In this document: positions 48,302-59,929 of the stretch, one piece after another
Layout: the number at the start of each line of letters is the position of its first letter
Position numbering within the stretch: position 1 is the stretch's first letter
Assembly: GCA_963762145.1 (NCBI GenBank)
Contig: CAVXJS010000014.1
Coordinates: 352,001 to 416,000 of the forward strand
Direction: 5' to 3'
Source of the DNA: an uncultured Candidatus Rokubacteria bacterium
Lineage (GTDB): Bacteria > Methylomirabilota > Methylomirabilia > Rokubacteriales > CSP1-6
DNA length: 64,000 nt
Translations under genes and position numbers: made by a program
The notes under the pieces: generated by a model
Told to the model about the DNA's origin: nothing
Databases searched by the model: none
What the model saw: the letters and a program-made list of their open reading frames with translations, nothing else

Positions 48302-49387
48302 ATGGACGGCGTCGGAGCGAACGTGGACGACACCTCCTCGCCGTTGAAATCGATCATGAAGTGGGTCGGCATCGTGGCGGCCGTGCTGTCGCTGATTGCC
48401 GGGGTGCGCCAGTTCCTCACCCTGAGCGCCGACTCCGCGGAGCGCGAGCGGCGGATCGGCGAGCTGCTGGCGACCGGCGCGGCCCAGCAGCAGGCCCGGG
48501 ACTATCCGCAGGCGTGGACGACGCTCGAGACCGCGCTGGCGCAGGCCGAGCAGGGCAATCTCCTCGCCAAGCTGACGCGTCGGCTGGGCGAGCGGCGGCG
48601 ACAGGTGAGGGCGGCGCAGGAGAACCTGGCGATGCAGTGGCTGGAGAACATCTCGGTGCCGCAGGGGCAGACGTTCACGAGCATCGTCGACAAGGTGCTG
48701 CCCGTGCTTCATCGGGGCGCGCTCGAGGCCTCCGGGGCGCGGGTCGGTGACCTGTACGCGCACATCGGCTGGGGATACTTCCTGAAGCGGCGCGACGGGC
48801 CGTCGACGCTGGATCCCGCCCCGTGGTACGCCAAGGCGCTGGAGAGCGATCCCGCCAATCCTTACGCCCACGCCTTCTCGGGTCACTGGAAGATGTGGAG
48901 CAACGAGCCGCTCGACGCCGCGATGGGGGAGTTTGCCAGGGCGGTGGCGAGCGATCGCGAGCGCCCGTACGTGCGCGGCGTGCAAGTGTCGGCGTTGCTG
49001 AACCGGGGCAGCGTCGACGCCCGCCTGGAGCTCGTCAAGGTTGCCAACGAGATGCGCAAGAACGGCGAGCCCATCGACGGCCGATTGCTCCGTGAGCTGA
49101 GGGGGATCTACCAGGCCGCGCTGCACGACAAGCCCTCGAGTGACCGCCTGATCGTCGCGGTGCCGGCGCCGGAGCATCTGGCGACGATCCAGATGATCAA
49201 GGCGGGCTCCTCCTCCGCGGCAGGGTCGGACGAGTCGCTGGATGTGGCGAGAGCGCTCCTGGAAGAGGCGGGAGGCCTCCCGGAAGACGCGCTGAAGACC
49301 TGGCGCGCGGTGCGCGCGAATCAGCCGGAGGCGGCCAGTCCGATCGCCCGGCGTGCCGACGCGGCGATCAAGCGCCTGGCGAGATGA
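48302..49387 (+). CDS. Membrane-anchored helical (TPR-like) hypothetical protein
   Basis: One N-terminal TM helix (WVGIVAAVLSLIAGV), then AHIGWGYFL and YAKALESDPANPYAHAFSGHW. Confidence 0.7.
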   Translation: MDGVGANVDDTSSPLKSIMKWVGIVAAVLSLIAGVRQFLTLSADSAERERRIGELLATGAAQQQARDYPQAWTTLETALAQAEQGNLLAKLTRRLGERRRQVRAAQENLAMQWLENISVPQGQTFTSIVDKVLPVLHRGALEASGARVGDLYAHIGWGYFLKRRDGPSTLDPAPWYAKALESDPANPYAHAFSGHWKMWSNEPLDAAMGEFARAVASDRERPYVRGVQVSALLNRGSVDARLELVKVANEMRKNGEPIDGRLLRELRGIYQAALHDKPSSDRLIVAVPAPEHLATIQMIKAGSSSAAGSDESLDVARALLEEAGGLPEDALKTWRAVRANQPEAASPIARRADAAIKRLAR

Positions 49388-49416
49388 GCGGTCGGCCCTT
49401 GCGCTGCGCGGACCAT

Positions 49417-50478
49417 CTATAGCTTCGCCATCACCCGATCCGCGAAGTCCTCGATCACGCGGTACTGCCGGTTGAGCGGCGGGTAGAGCATGATCTGGCT
49501 CAGCCCCTGGCTCTCCAGCTCCTTCAGGCGCTCCACGATGCGCTGGGGCGCGCCGGTGAGGCACGTGGCCTCGATCAGCTCCGGAGTGACGAAGCGCGCC
49601 TCCTCCGGATCCACGAAGCTGTAGTGGCTGCCGTGCAGGCGCTGGTGCCGGACCTCGGGCGGCGCCTCGTTGAGCCACCCGAGATAGGCCTTCCACACCG
49701 GCCGCGCGTAGGCGGGCGGCTCCGCGCCGGTCTCCAGGTGGTGCGCGACCAGGTAGTGCAGCCCGGTGATCACCGCGGCGCCGCACTCCGCGATGATGCG
49801 CTCGGAGTTGGCTGCCTCGCCCGGTTGCAGCAGCGCCACGTTCACCATGGCCGAGGTGTAAAAATCCTTCGGCAGCGCGCGCCCGGCCTTCTGGGCGCCG
49901 CGGCGCGCGTTGGCGAGCATCTCCGGGACCGTGCCGCCGCGGGGCAGGCCCGAGACGAGCCCGTCGCCCAGCTCGCCGGCCAGGGCCTGCGCCTTCGGGC
50001 CGAACGCCGCGATGTAGACCGGGATCGGGTGGTCGAGATCGATGAAGCGATGCTCGCGCATCTGGAACCGGATCGGGTGAGTCTCGCCGTTCAACGTGTA
50101 GTCGACCTCTTCGCCGCGGAGCAGGGCGCGGACGGTCTGCACGTACTCCTTGAACGGAGCGAGGCGCATCGGCTTCTGGCCGAGCGTGCGCATCGCGGTG
50201 TGACCGGTGCCGAGCCCGATGAAGCAGCGGCCGGGCGCGAGGCGGTTGATGGTGGCGATGCCGTTCGCCGCCACCGGCGCGAGCCGGAGCCCGGGCACGT
50301 TCACCCCGGTGCCGAGGCGCATGCGCCGCGTCTGCTGGGCGGCCAGGGCCAGCACCGCCCAGCAGTTCGACCGGATCATCTGGCTGTCGGTGACCCAGCA
50401 GTGCGAGTAGCCGAGGTTCTCGGCGTGGGTGATGTAGCCGATCTCGTCGATCTTGGCGTGGACGATGCCGAAGTCCAT
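49417..50478 (-). CDS. Luciferase-like (LLM, Mer-like) oxidoreductase
   Basis: AENLGYSHCWVTDSQ, LGTGV, APGR..GLGTG and IPVYIAAFGPK; ATG 50478. Confidence 0.9.
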   Translation of the reverse strand: MDFGIVHAKIDEIGYITHAENLGYSHCWVTDSQMIRSNCWAVLALAAQQTRRMRLGTGVNVPGLRLAPVAANGIATINRLAPGRCFIGLGTGHTAMRTLGQKPMRLAPFKEYVQTVRALLRGEEVDYTLNGETHPIRFQMREHRFIDLDHPIPVYIAAFGPKAQALAGELGDGLVSGLPRGGTVPEMLANARRGAQKAGRALPKDFYTSAMVNVALLQPGEAANSERIIAECGAAVITGLHYLVAHHLETGAEPPAYARPVWKAYLGWLNEAPPEVRHQRLHGSHYSFVDPEEARFVTPELIEATCLTGAPQRIVERLKELESQGLSQIMLYPPLNRQYRVIEDFADRVMAKL

Positions 50479-50480
50479 GG

Positions 50481-52109
50481 CTACTTGTCCAGCCACACCT
50501 CTTGCATCCGCCCGTAGTTGTAGAGCGCGTTGTGGGGGACGAGGTTCTTCACGTGGGGCCAGCGCGCGAAGTATTCCTTGCGCCAGCCCAGCATCGGGCG
50601 CGCCACGTCGGTCTCGAGCTTGCGCTGGATGTCGGCCACCAGCTTGAGCCGTTTGGTGCGGTCCAGCTCCTGCGACTGCTGGTCGATCAGCCGGTCCATC
50701 TCCTCGCTGCAGTAGTCGGTGTAGTTGCGCGGTGACCCGCACTTGTAGTTCTCGAAGAGGTACGCGTCGGGATCGTCGAACCCGCCAGCGGTCAGATTGG
50801 CCCCGATCTGGAAGTCCCGCCGCGAGAGGGCCGGGAACCAGGCCGCGGTGTCGAGCTGCTTGAGAGTGGCCTCCATCCCGATCAGGCGGAGCTGGTCCAC
50901 CACGTAGGACGCGAGGTCGAGGTAGATCGGCAGCGTCCGGGTGACGAGGTCCACTCGGAGCGGCTTGTCGGGCCCATATCCGGCGCCGGCGAGGAGCCGC
51001 TTGGCCTCTGCCTTGTCCTTGGCGGGGTCGCGGTAGCCGGCCAGCGTGCGGAGCTCCGCGTCGGGCAGACCCCAGAAGCCGAGCGGCTTGGGCATGAGGG
51101 CGGCGCCGGTGACCGCGCCGTTCTGGCGGACGCCCCGGACGTAGGCGTTGCGGTCGAGCGCGAGGTTGACCGCCTGGCGCACCACCGGGTTGTCGAACGG
51201 CGCGCGCTTGTGGTTCAGGATCACGTTGTCGCTGCCGTTCTGCCCGACCTCGGTGATGACGATCGCCGGCGCCTGGGCCTTGACCGCGTCGGCCATCGCC
51301 TTCGTCATCTCGAGCGGCAGGAAGGCCTCGACCCGCCCGGCCTGCAGCGCGGCGAGGCGCGTACCCCGCTCCCGGATGATGGTGTAGCGGATGCCGTCGA
51401 GGTAGGGCCGATCCGGCACGAAGTAGCTCGGGTTGCGCTCCAGCTCGATGAGCTGCCCTCGCAGGTACTCCTTGTGGCGGAAGGGGCCGGTGCCGACGCA
51501 GCGCTGACGGAGATCGGCGACCGGCACGTGGGCCGGATAGACCGGGGAGTAGCCGGAGGCGAACATCAGGAGCAGCGACGGCTGCGGCCGCCTCAGCCGG
51601 AAGACCACCGTATGGGGCTCCGGGGTCTCGATGGCTTCCACGTTCGCGTACCAGTCCTTGCGGGGGCTCGTGCGCATCTTGGTCGCGCTGTCCGGCGCCT
51701 CGCGGACCATGTCGAAGGTGTGCTTGACGTCGCGCGCGGTGAACGGCTTGCCGTCGTGCCACGTCACGTTCTTCCGCAGGAAGAGCACCAGGTTCCGGAA
51801 GTTGTCCTGCCACGACCACCGCTCTGCGAGCTCGGGGATGACCGTCTCCGCGCTGTCGAGCGGCTTCAGCGGGTCGAAGATCACGAGGTTCGAGTAGCAC
51901 GGCGACATGGGCCAGACGTTCGAGATGGTGGCCGATTCGTGGACGAGCAGCCCCGGGGGGTCCTCGGTCAGCACCGAGTTGAGGATCCCTCCGCGCTTGG
52001 GCGTGGCGCTCTGGGCGCTCGCGGGCTTCGTGACGAGGACCGCCGTGACCAGGATCAGGAGCGCGAGGACCACGGACGGCAGAGCACGTCGGGGCATGGA
52101 GTTCTCCAT
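50481..52109 (-). CDS. Peptide/nickel ABC substrate-binding protein (family 5), orphan
   Basis: Signal peptide, PELAERW, WHDGKPFTARDV, GTGPF and PFDNPVVRQA. Confidence 0.93.
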   Translation of the reverse strand: MENSMPRRALPSVVLALLILVTAVLVTKPASAQSATPKRGGILNSVLTEDPPGLLVHESATISNVWPMSPCYSNLVIFDPLKPLDSAETVIPELAERWSWQDNFRNLVLFLRKNVTWHDGKPFTARDVKHTFDMVREAPDSATKMRTSPRKDWYANVEAIETPEPHTVVFRLRRPQPSLLLMFASGYSPVYPAHVPVADLRQRCVGTGPFRHKEYLRGQLIELERNPSYFVPDRPYLDGIRYTIIRERGTRLAALQAGRVEAFLPLEMTKAMADAVKAQAPAIVITEVGQNGSDNVILNHKRAPFDNPVVRQAVNLALDRNAYVRGVRQNGAVTGAALMPKPLGFWGLPDAELRTLAGYRDPAKDKAEAKRLLAGAGYGPDKPLRVDLVTRTLPIYLDLASYVVDQLRLIGMEATLKQLDTAAWFPALSRRDFQIGANLTAGGFDDPDAYLFENYKCGSPRNYTDYCSEEMDRLIDQQSQELDRTKRLKLVADIQRKLETDVARPMLGWRKEYFARWPHVKNLVPHNALYNYGRMQEVWLDK

Positions 52110-52118
52110 CGGTCTGGG

Positions 52119-52914
52119 CTAGTGCATCACGAGGCCACCGGTGACGTTGATGGCCTGGCCGGTCATGTAGGACGACTTGCTGGAGGCGAGGAAGCCCACG
52201 AGGTTGGCCACGTCCTCCGCGGTCTCGATGCGGCCCAGCGGGATCTGCTCGACGCGCTGCTTGAGGTACTCGCCGGGCTTGAGGCCGAAGAGCTTCTCGC
52301 CCGCTTCCCGATCGATCTGGAAGATCATGTCCGTCTCCACGATGCCGGGGCACACGCAGTTGGCGCGGATGCCGTCGGCGGCGTGAGCCAGGGCCAGGCT
52401 CTTGGTCATGCTGATCACCGCGGCCTTGGTGATGCCGTAGACCAGCGAGGTCTTGAGCCCGATCTTGCCCGCCATCGAGGCCAGGCTGATGATGTTGCCG
52501 CGTTTTGCCTTCACCATGTGGCGCAGCACCGCCTGGCTCGCGAAGAAGACGCCCTTGGCGTTGACCGCGAGCAGCCGGTCCCAGTCGTCCTCGGTCACGT
52601 CCACGGTGTGGGCGGAGCGATGGATGCCCGCGTTGTTGACCAGGATGTCGATGCGCCCGAGCTCGGCCACGGTGCGGTCGGCCATGGCCTGCAGATCGGC
52701 CATGCGGGTGACGTCGGTGCGGAGGGCGAGCGCCCGGCGCCCGAGCTTGCGCACCTCGTCCGCGGTGCGCTTGACTGGTGGCCTCGTCCATCTCGGCCAC
52801 CACGATGTCGGCCCCCATGCTCGCGAGCTCCATCGCGATGGCGCGGCCGATGTTACGCCCCGCGCCGGTGACGATCGCGGCCTGTCCCTGGAGGTCCATC
52901 TGGGTGCCGGCCAT
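52119..52914 (-). CDS. Short-chain dehydrogenase/reductase (frameshift near 52775)
   Basis: TGAGRNIG in one frame; NNAG, YGITK and GQAINVTGG in ORF 52119..52754. Confidence 0.88.
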
Positions 52915-52915
52915 C

Positions 52916-53332
52916 TCAGCAGCAGCCGCCGGCGATCGTCGCCTTGGTCCGCTGGATCAGCTCGAGGCGCACGTCGTCCGGGGCCTGCACGAAGCAGATG
53001 CGGGGGCCGCCCGGGATCTCGATCGGTCCTTCGAGCAGCCTGGCCCCCAGGCCTTCCAGCCGCATGATGTCGGCCTCGAGGTTCTCGGAGTCGAACCCGA
53101 AGTGCTCGAGACCGTGGTGCGCCTTCGCATCGCCCGCGCCGAGCTTCTCATTGGTCCGCGCGCCCGAGATGTTCACCGGGGTGCCGTCCTCGCTCTGGCA
53201 GCGCACGAAGCGGTCGCCGAAGACCCGCGTCTCGTCGGAGAGGATCTTGAACGCGAAGGCCTTCACGTACCAGTCGGCGGTCTTGCGGGGATCGGAGGCC
53301 TTCAGATGGATGTGATTGATCCGGTAGGGCAT
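52916..53332 (-). CDS. VOC/glyoxalase family protein with C-terminal CC
   Basis: HIHL, EHFG and APDDVRLE; ends GGCC-stop. Confidence 0.85.
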   Translation of the reverse strand: MPYRINHIHLKASDPRKTADWYVKAFAFKILSDETRVFGDRFVRCQSEDGTPVNISGARTNEKLGAGDAKAHHGLEHFGFDSENLEADIMRLEGLGARLLEGPIEIPGGPRICFVQAPDDVRLELIQRTKATIAGGCC

Positions 53333-53449
53333 GGCGGTGTCCTTTCGGCTGAGGTATCGTCGGTGGCGCTGCCGCGCTCGGTGCCGCGCTAGAGAATAGT
53401 AGGACCCGCTCGCCGGTTCAAGGACCGGTGCGTTCAAGAGGAGCGATCC

Positions 53450-54343
53450 ATGGACATCGGCTGCCACCTTCCCAACCAGGGCCCGCTGGCCAACGGCGAG
53501 GCCCTCACCCGCTTCTGCCGCGAGGCCGAGCAGCGCAACGTCGCCTCGCTCTGGGTGAGCGACCACGTGATCTTCCCGCGCACCGCCACCGGCAGCTATC
53601 CGGGCGGGCGCTTCCCGCATCCGCCCGACAAGCCGTATCTGGAGCCGGTGACGGTGCTGGCCGCCGCCGCGGTCCTCACGGCGCGCGCGCGCCTCGGGGC
53701 CTCGGTCTTCATCCTCGGGCACCGCCACCCGGTGGCGATGGCCAAGATGCTCACCAGCATCGACGCGCTCTCCCGCGGCCGGCTCATCTGCGGCGTGGGC
53801 GTGGGGTGGTGGAAGGAGGAGCTCGAGATCCTGGGCGTGCCCTTCCACGCGCGCGGCCGCCACGGCGACGAGATCCTGCGCGCGTTCAAGGCGCTCTGGA
53901 CCGAGGACAACCCGCGTCTCGACGGCGAGTTCTTCCGCTTCCGCGATCTGGGCTTCGCGCCCAAGCCGGTGCAGAAGCCGCACCCGCCGATCTGGGTCGG
54001 CGGCGACAGCCCGGGCGCGTTCCGCCGCGTGGTCACGCTGGGCGACGGCTGGCACGCGACGTCCAAGGATCCGGCCCAGCTTCGCGAGGGCCTGGGGCGC
54101 CTGGGCAAGGTCGCCGACCAGCACAAGCGCGACATGAAGACGATCGAGATCTCGGTGCGCTACAGCCTGCCCGACACGCTGATCGCGGGCGGGCCCCAGG
54201 CGGCGATCGACGAGCTCGCCGGCTACAAGCGCCTCGGCCTGACCCACGTCCTGATCGACTTCCGCCGCGACGACCTGACGCGCATGCTCGAGCTGCTCGA
54301 CCTGGTGACCGCTACCATCCGCCCCGCCGTGGAGAAAGCCTAG
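53450..54343 (+). CDS. LLM class putative F420-dependent oxidoreductase
   Basis: LWVSDHV, GVGVGWWKEE, PKPVQKPHPPIWVGG and GDGW. Confidence 0.9.
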   Translation: MDIGCHLPNQGPLANGEALTRFCREAEQRNVASLWVSDHVIFPRTATGSYPGGRFPHPPDKPYLEPVTVLAAAAVLTARARLGASVFILGHRHPVAMAKMLTSIDALSRGRLICGVGVGWWKEELEILGVPFHARGRHGDEILRAFKALWTEDNPRLDGEFFRFRDLGFAPKPVQKPHPPIWVGGDSPGAFRRVVTLGDGWHATSKDPAQLREGLGRLGKVADQHKRDMKTIEISVRYSLPDTLIAGGPQAAIDELAGYKRLGLTHVLIDFRRDDLTRMLELLDLVTATIRPAVEKA

Positions 54344-54347
54344 GGCT

Positions 54348-54433
54348 GGGGTCAGGTCTTGAATTACGACATTTTCTAGCCGGTCAGCCGATACGGCGCG
54401 CGGCGGAAATGTCGTAATTCAAGACCTGACCCC
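54348..54433. repeat. Inverted pair of REP-like units between convergent genes
   Basis: GGGGTCAGGTCTTGAATTACGACATTT from 54348 and reverse complement 54406-54433. Confidence 0.92.
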
Positions 54434-54436
54434 TTT

Positions 54437-55839
<1,403 letters not shown>

Positions 55840-55843
<4 letters not shown>

Positions 55844-57048
55844 CGTCTGCTCCCGGGGCAGGGTTCCGTCACCGGCGGCGCGGTGACCGCGGCCGCCGCC
55901 TCGCGGAGGCCGAGGATCTCGTAGAGCGTCTCGCGATCCTTCATGCCCTTGAGCTTCGGCGAGCCGAGCTCGCGATACCGCACGAGGTCCTCGACCTCGC
56001 CGGAAGGTGCCTCCTCGGCGGCGATGATATGCGCGTCGAACAGGCGTGTCATGCGCTGGATGCGCGCGGCCGCGATCATGGGCCGCCCCACCACGATCAG
56101 CTCGCGGCGCTCGGCGGAGCCGATCGTGCCCGCCATCACCGGGCCCGAGGCGATCCCGACGCCGATGTCGAAGCGGGGCAGGCCCTCGGCGGCCCAGCGC
56201 GCGGCGAGGCGCCGGACCGCCGCCACCATGTCGATGGCGGCGCGCACCGCCCGCGCCGGCGCGTCCGGGCCCGTCCTCGGTGCACGCCGAACAGCACGAC
56301 GATCTCGTCGCCGATGAGCTGCTCGACCGTGCCCTGGTGGCGGAAGATCACCTCGATCATCTCGGCGAGGTACCCGTCGAGGAGGCGGATGACCACGGGC
56401 CCGGGCGTGGTCTCGATCAGGCGGGTGTAGCCGCGGATGTCGGCGAAGAGCACGGTGGCCTCGCGCCAGTCGCCGGTGCGCGGGCAGGAGCTCGGGGTTG
56501 CCGAGCGCCATGTCGGCGAGCCGGGGCGAGACGTAGCGCTGGAGCTGGGCGCGCACCGAGGCCTCGCGGACCAGCGCGGTCCTGGGTCGGCCCGCAGGTG
56601 GCGAGGGTCTGCCTCGAGGTCGGCGTTCTTCGCCGCGAGGTCGCGCAGCGAGCTGCTCGCGCTCGCTCGCGCAGGCGATGGCGCTCCACGCCGCGGCCGG
56701 ACGGTGTGACGGAGCTCCGTGGGGTCCCACGGCTTGAGGAGGAAGTGGTAGATGTTCGCCGCGTTGATCGACTCCATCAGCGCGTCGGCGTCGGTGAAGG
56801 CGGTGAGGAGGACGCGCACCGCGTCGGGCGCGACCTCGCGGCGCGCGGGTCAGCAGCTCGGTGCCGCGTCATCCCGGGCATGCGCTGGTCGCTCACCACG
56901 ACCGCGACCTCCTCCCGGCCGAGGAGGTCGAGGGCGGCGGCGGGCCGGTCGGCCCGCAGCACGCGGTAGTCCATGGCGAGCAGCGCCTCGAGGGAGTCGA
57001 GCACCCGCGGCTCGTCGTCGACGAGGAGGACGGTCGCCTGGCGGTCAC
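55840..57048 (-). CDS. Response regulator-adenylate/guanylate cyclase fusion, multiple frameshifts
   Basis: REC (SDQRMPGM, LLKPWD) plus cyclase (VLFADIRGYT, LIGDEI, IGVGIASG, AARIQ). Confidence 0.8.
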
Positions 57049-59304
57049 TGGGCGCTCGGGGCCGCGGTCCGGCTCATCGGCAGGCGGACCGTGAAGACCG
57101 CGCCGCCGTCCGGCGGGCTCTCGGCCCGGATCTCGCCGCCGTGCTTCTTGACGATCTCGTAGCTGATCGACAGCCCGAGGCCGGTGCCCTCGCCGACCGG
57201 CTTGGTGGTGAAGAACGGGTCGAAGACGCGGCCGATCACGTCGGCCGGAATGCCGGGCCCGGTGTCGGCGATGCGGATCACCGCGCATCCCGTCCTCCGA
57301 CCGCGTCTCGATGGTGATGGTGCCCTGGCCCGGGGATCGCCTGGGCGGCGTTGGCGAGCAGGTTCAGGAAGACCTGGTCGATCTGCGAGCGGACGCACTC
57401 GACGGTCCGCGAGCTCGCCCGTAGTCACGGACCACCGTGACCCGGTCCTTCAGCAGGTGGTTCAGCAGGGTGAGGCTCGACTCGAGCTCCTCGTGCAGGA
57501 TCGACCGCCTGCCACACGTCGTCCGGCGTGCGGGCGAACACGCGCAGGTCGCGCGACGATCTTGCGCGTGCGCTCGGCGCCCTCCCGGATGCCCGCGGGT
57601 CATCGAGTCGAGGTACTTGAGCGCGTAGTCGACCTGCAGCTCGCCCCTCCGCGCCTGGATCCGCTCGCGGGCCGCCTCCGGGAGCGGCGCGTCCTGGTAG
57701 ATCTCGAGCATGCCCCGGAGGCGCCGGACGAAGTCGTCGAGGGTGGCGACGTTGGAGGAGACGAAGCCGATCGGATTGTTGAGCTCGTGGGCGACGCCCG
57801 CCACGAGCTGGCCGACCGAGGCCATCTTCTCGCGCTGGATGAGCTGCATCTGGGTGGCCTGCAGATCGCGGTAGGCGCCCCGCAGCTCCTCGTTGGTGAC
57901 CCGCAGCTGCTCGGTGCGGACCCGCACCTTGTCCTCGAGGCTGCGGGACAGCTCCTCGATGGTCTGGAAGCTCTCGGCCTTGTCCACGGCGAGCGCCACC
58001 TGGTTGGCCACCGCGGCGAGCAGCTCCACGTCCCCCTCGTGGAACCGGTCCGGCTCCTCGGCGCTCACGGTGAGGACGCCCAGGACCCGGTCTCGCACGC
58101 GCAGCGGCGTGGCGAGGAAGCTGCGGACGCGGTGGGCGCGGACGAGGTCCCGGTGGATGGGGACCGACGCGCGCTCCACGTCGTTGACCAGCACCGGCTC
58201 GCCGGTGACCGCGGCGCGGCCGCTCGCGCTCGCCTCCGCGTCGAGTGGCAACTCGATCCCCTCGAAGGATGCGAGCGCTCGGATCGGTAGCCGCCATCTG
58301 ATGGCCGCGCAGTACACGGCGCGGCCGGTCCACCAGGAAGAGCTGCGCGCGCTGGTAGCCCATGCGGTGGACGAGCCGGGTCGAGGGTCTGGTCGTAGAT
58401 CTTCTCGGGGTCCAGGGTGGCGCTCACCGCTGCGCTCAGGTCGGTGAGGAGGGAGAGCTGCTCGATCCTGGTCTCGAGCTCGGCGAAACTTCTTCTCGAG
58501 CTCGCGGTTCGAGTAGATGATCTCCTCGGACTGCAGATCGAGGAGCCGCTGGGTGTGGCGGCGCCGGCGTCCCTCGCGGACCGAGTAGCCGAGGGCCCCA
58601 CCCGCGATCAGGGGGAGCGGCGTCAGCGCCGCGAGCAGCCAGCCGCCCCCCGTGACCGCGTCCACCACGCCGAGGGCGGTCGATCCGGCTGCGCCCGCGA
58701 GAGTGGGCAGCCAGAAGTGCCGACCGAGCGAGGGATTCCTCCACCGCACCTCCCACCGGCAGGCGTCGCCTCCGCGGGCCGCGCAGGTGCTCTCGATGAT
58801 CCGGGCGCGGGGCAGGCCCCAGTTGGTCGGGAAGCGCTCGATTTGCGCCTTGAGCCACGCGCACGTCCAGAGAGGCATCCAGTACCCGGGGAGGAGCGTC
58901 CACTTGTAGCGGGCGCGGCGGCGACCGACCTCGAGCACCTCGAGCCGGTAGAATCGGCTCTGCTGCTGGTAGATCGTCGCAATGCGCTCGTACGCGGCGC
59001 GCGGATGGCCGATGCCCATGGAGTACGTGCCCAGGTAGGACCGCTCCTCGCGCGGCTTCCAGTCCATGAAGGACTCGCCGAAGCGGCGGGCCCAGCGCTC
59101 CTCGTCCGGCTCGTTCATGAGCCGCTGGGCGACCCGCACCACCTGGTCGGCGACCTCGAGCGGAATCCAGTTGTGGTCGGCCATGAGGTAGTCGCGCGAG
59201 CGGCCCGCGACGCGGCAGATCGCGGCGACCCCCTCGGCGCCTACCTCCTTCTCCACGAAGGGGATGAGCCCCTTCGTGAAGATGCAGTTGACCTCGCCCG
59301 GCAC
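57045..59304 (-). CDS. Sensor histidine kinase: V4R/H-NOX-like domain, 2 TM, GAF, HisKA, HATPase (multiple frameshifts)
   Basis: N-terminal ...[18 protein letters not shown]; TM pair; GAF (FLATPL..GVL); GVAHELNNP; [20 protein letters not shown]. Confidence 0.85.
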
Positions 59305-59310
59305 GGGGGC

Positions 59311-59874
59311 TCAGCTCGGCTTGAAGACGAGCTTGGAGCTGACATTCACCGGCTTGGCGATGGTATCCCCCACCGGGGACTTCCGATCGATGGTCTCCTT
59401 GACCCGGCGGATCTTCTCCTCGGAGGCCGGGCTCTGGATGGTCACGGTGTAGCGGATGTCGGCGAAGCCGTTGCGCACCGACTTGTCGTGGCCGAGCAGG
59501 CCGCGGAAGTCGATGTCCGCCTCCATGTCCACCGTGATCCCGTCGATCGGGATGTCGAAGAGCGCTCCGTTGGTGGCGATGCCGGAGATGAGGCACCCCG
59601 CGAAGGCCCCCACCAGGCTCTCCGCCGCGGTCGGGGCCGCGTCCACTCCACCCAGCGCCCCCGGGCCGTCCATGGTGACGAAGAAGCGCCGGGTGGGCGG
59701 GGTGACCGCGGCTCCCGCGCTCTCCTGCGCGCCGATCTCGACCAGGGCCTTGATCCCGCGCTTCCACGTCGAGCGCACCTTCACCGTGCGCTTGCCCGCC
59801 TCCGGATTCTCACGGACCCGCTTGTCGAATGCCTTGATGCCGTCCACGTCCACGTCGTTCAGTCCGAGTGCCAT
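59311..59874 (-). CDS. OsmC/Ohr-like protein
   Basis: AAGGAGG RBS; DGPGALGG..APTAAE..AGC, DIDFRGLLG; second Cys position reads KSPV. Confidence 0.85.
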   Translation of the reverse strand: MALGLNDVDVDGIKAFDKRVRENPEAGKRTVKVRSTWKRGIKALVEIGAQESAGAAVTPPTRRFFVTMDGPGALGGVDAAPTAAESLVGAFAGCLISGIATNGALFDIPIDGITVDMEADIDFRGLLGHDKSVRNGFADIRYTVTIQSPASEEKIRRVKETIDRKSPVGDTIAKPVNVSSKLVFKPS

Positions 59875-59929
59875 GGTGTCCTCCTCCTTGTCGAATGGGT
59901 CGGGGGTACAGGGAATGCCCGGGAGCGTG

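Noticed and set aside
52914-52924. GGCC-TGA as a possible Sec read-through
   Set aside because: The next gene's ATG starts 1 bp after the TGA, and the read-through frame is off-frame, non-protein-like sequence.
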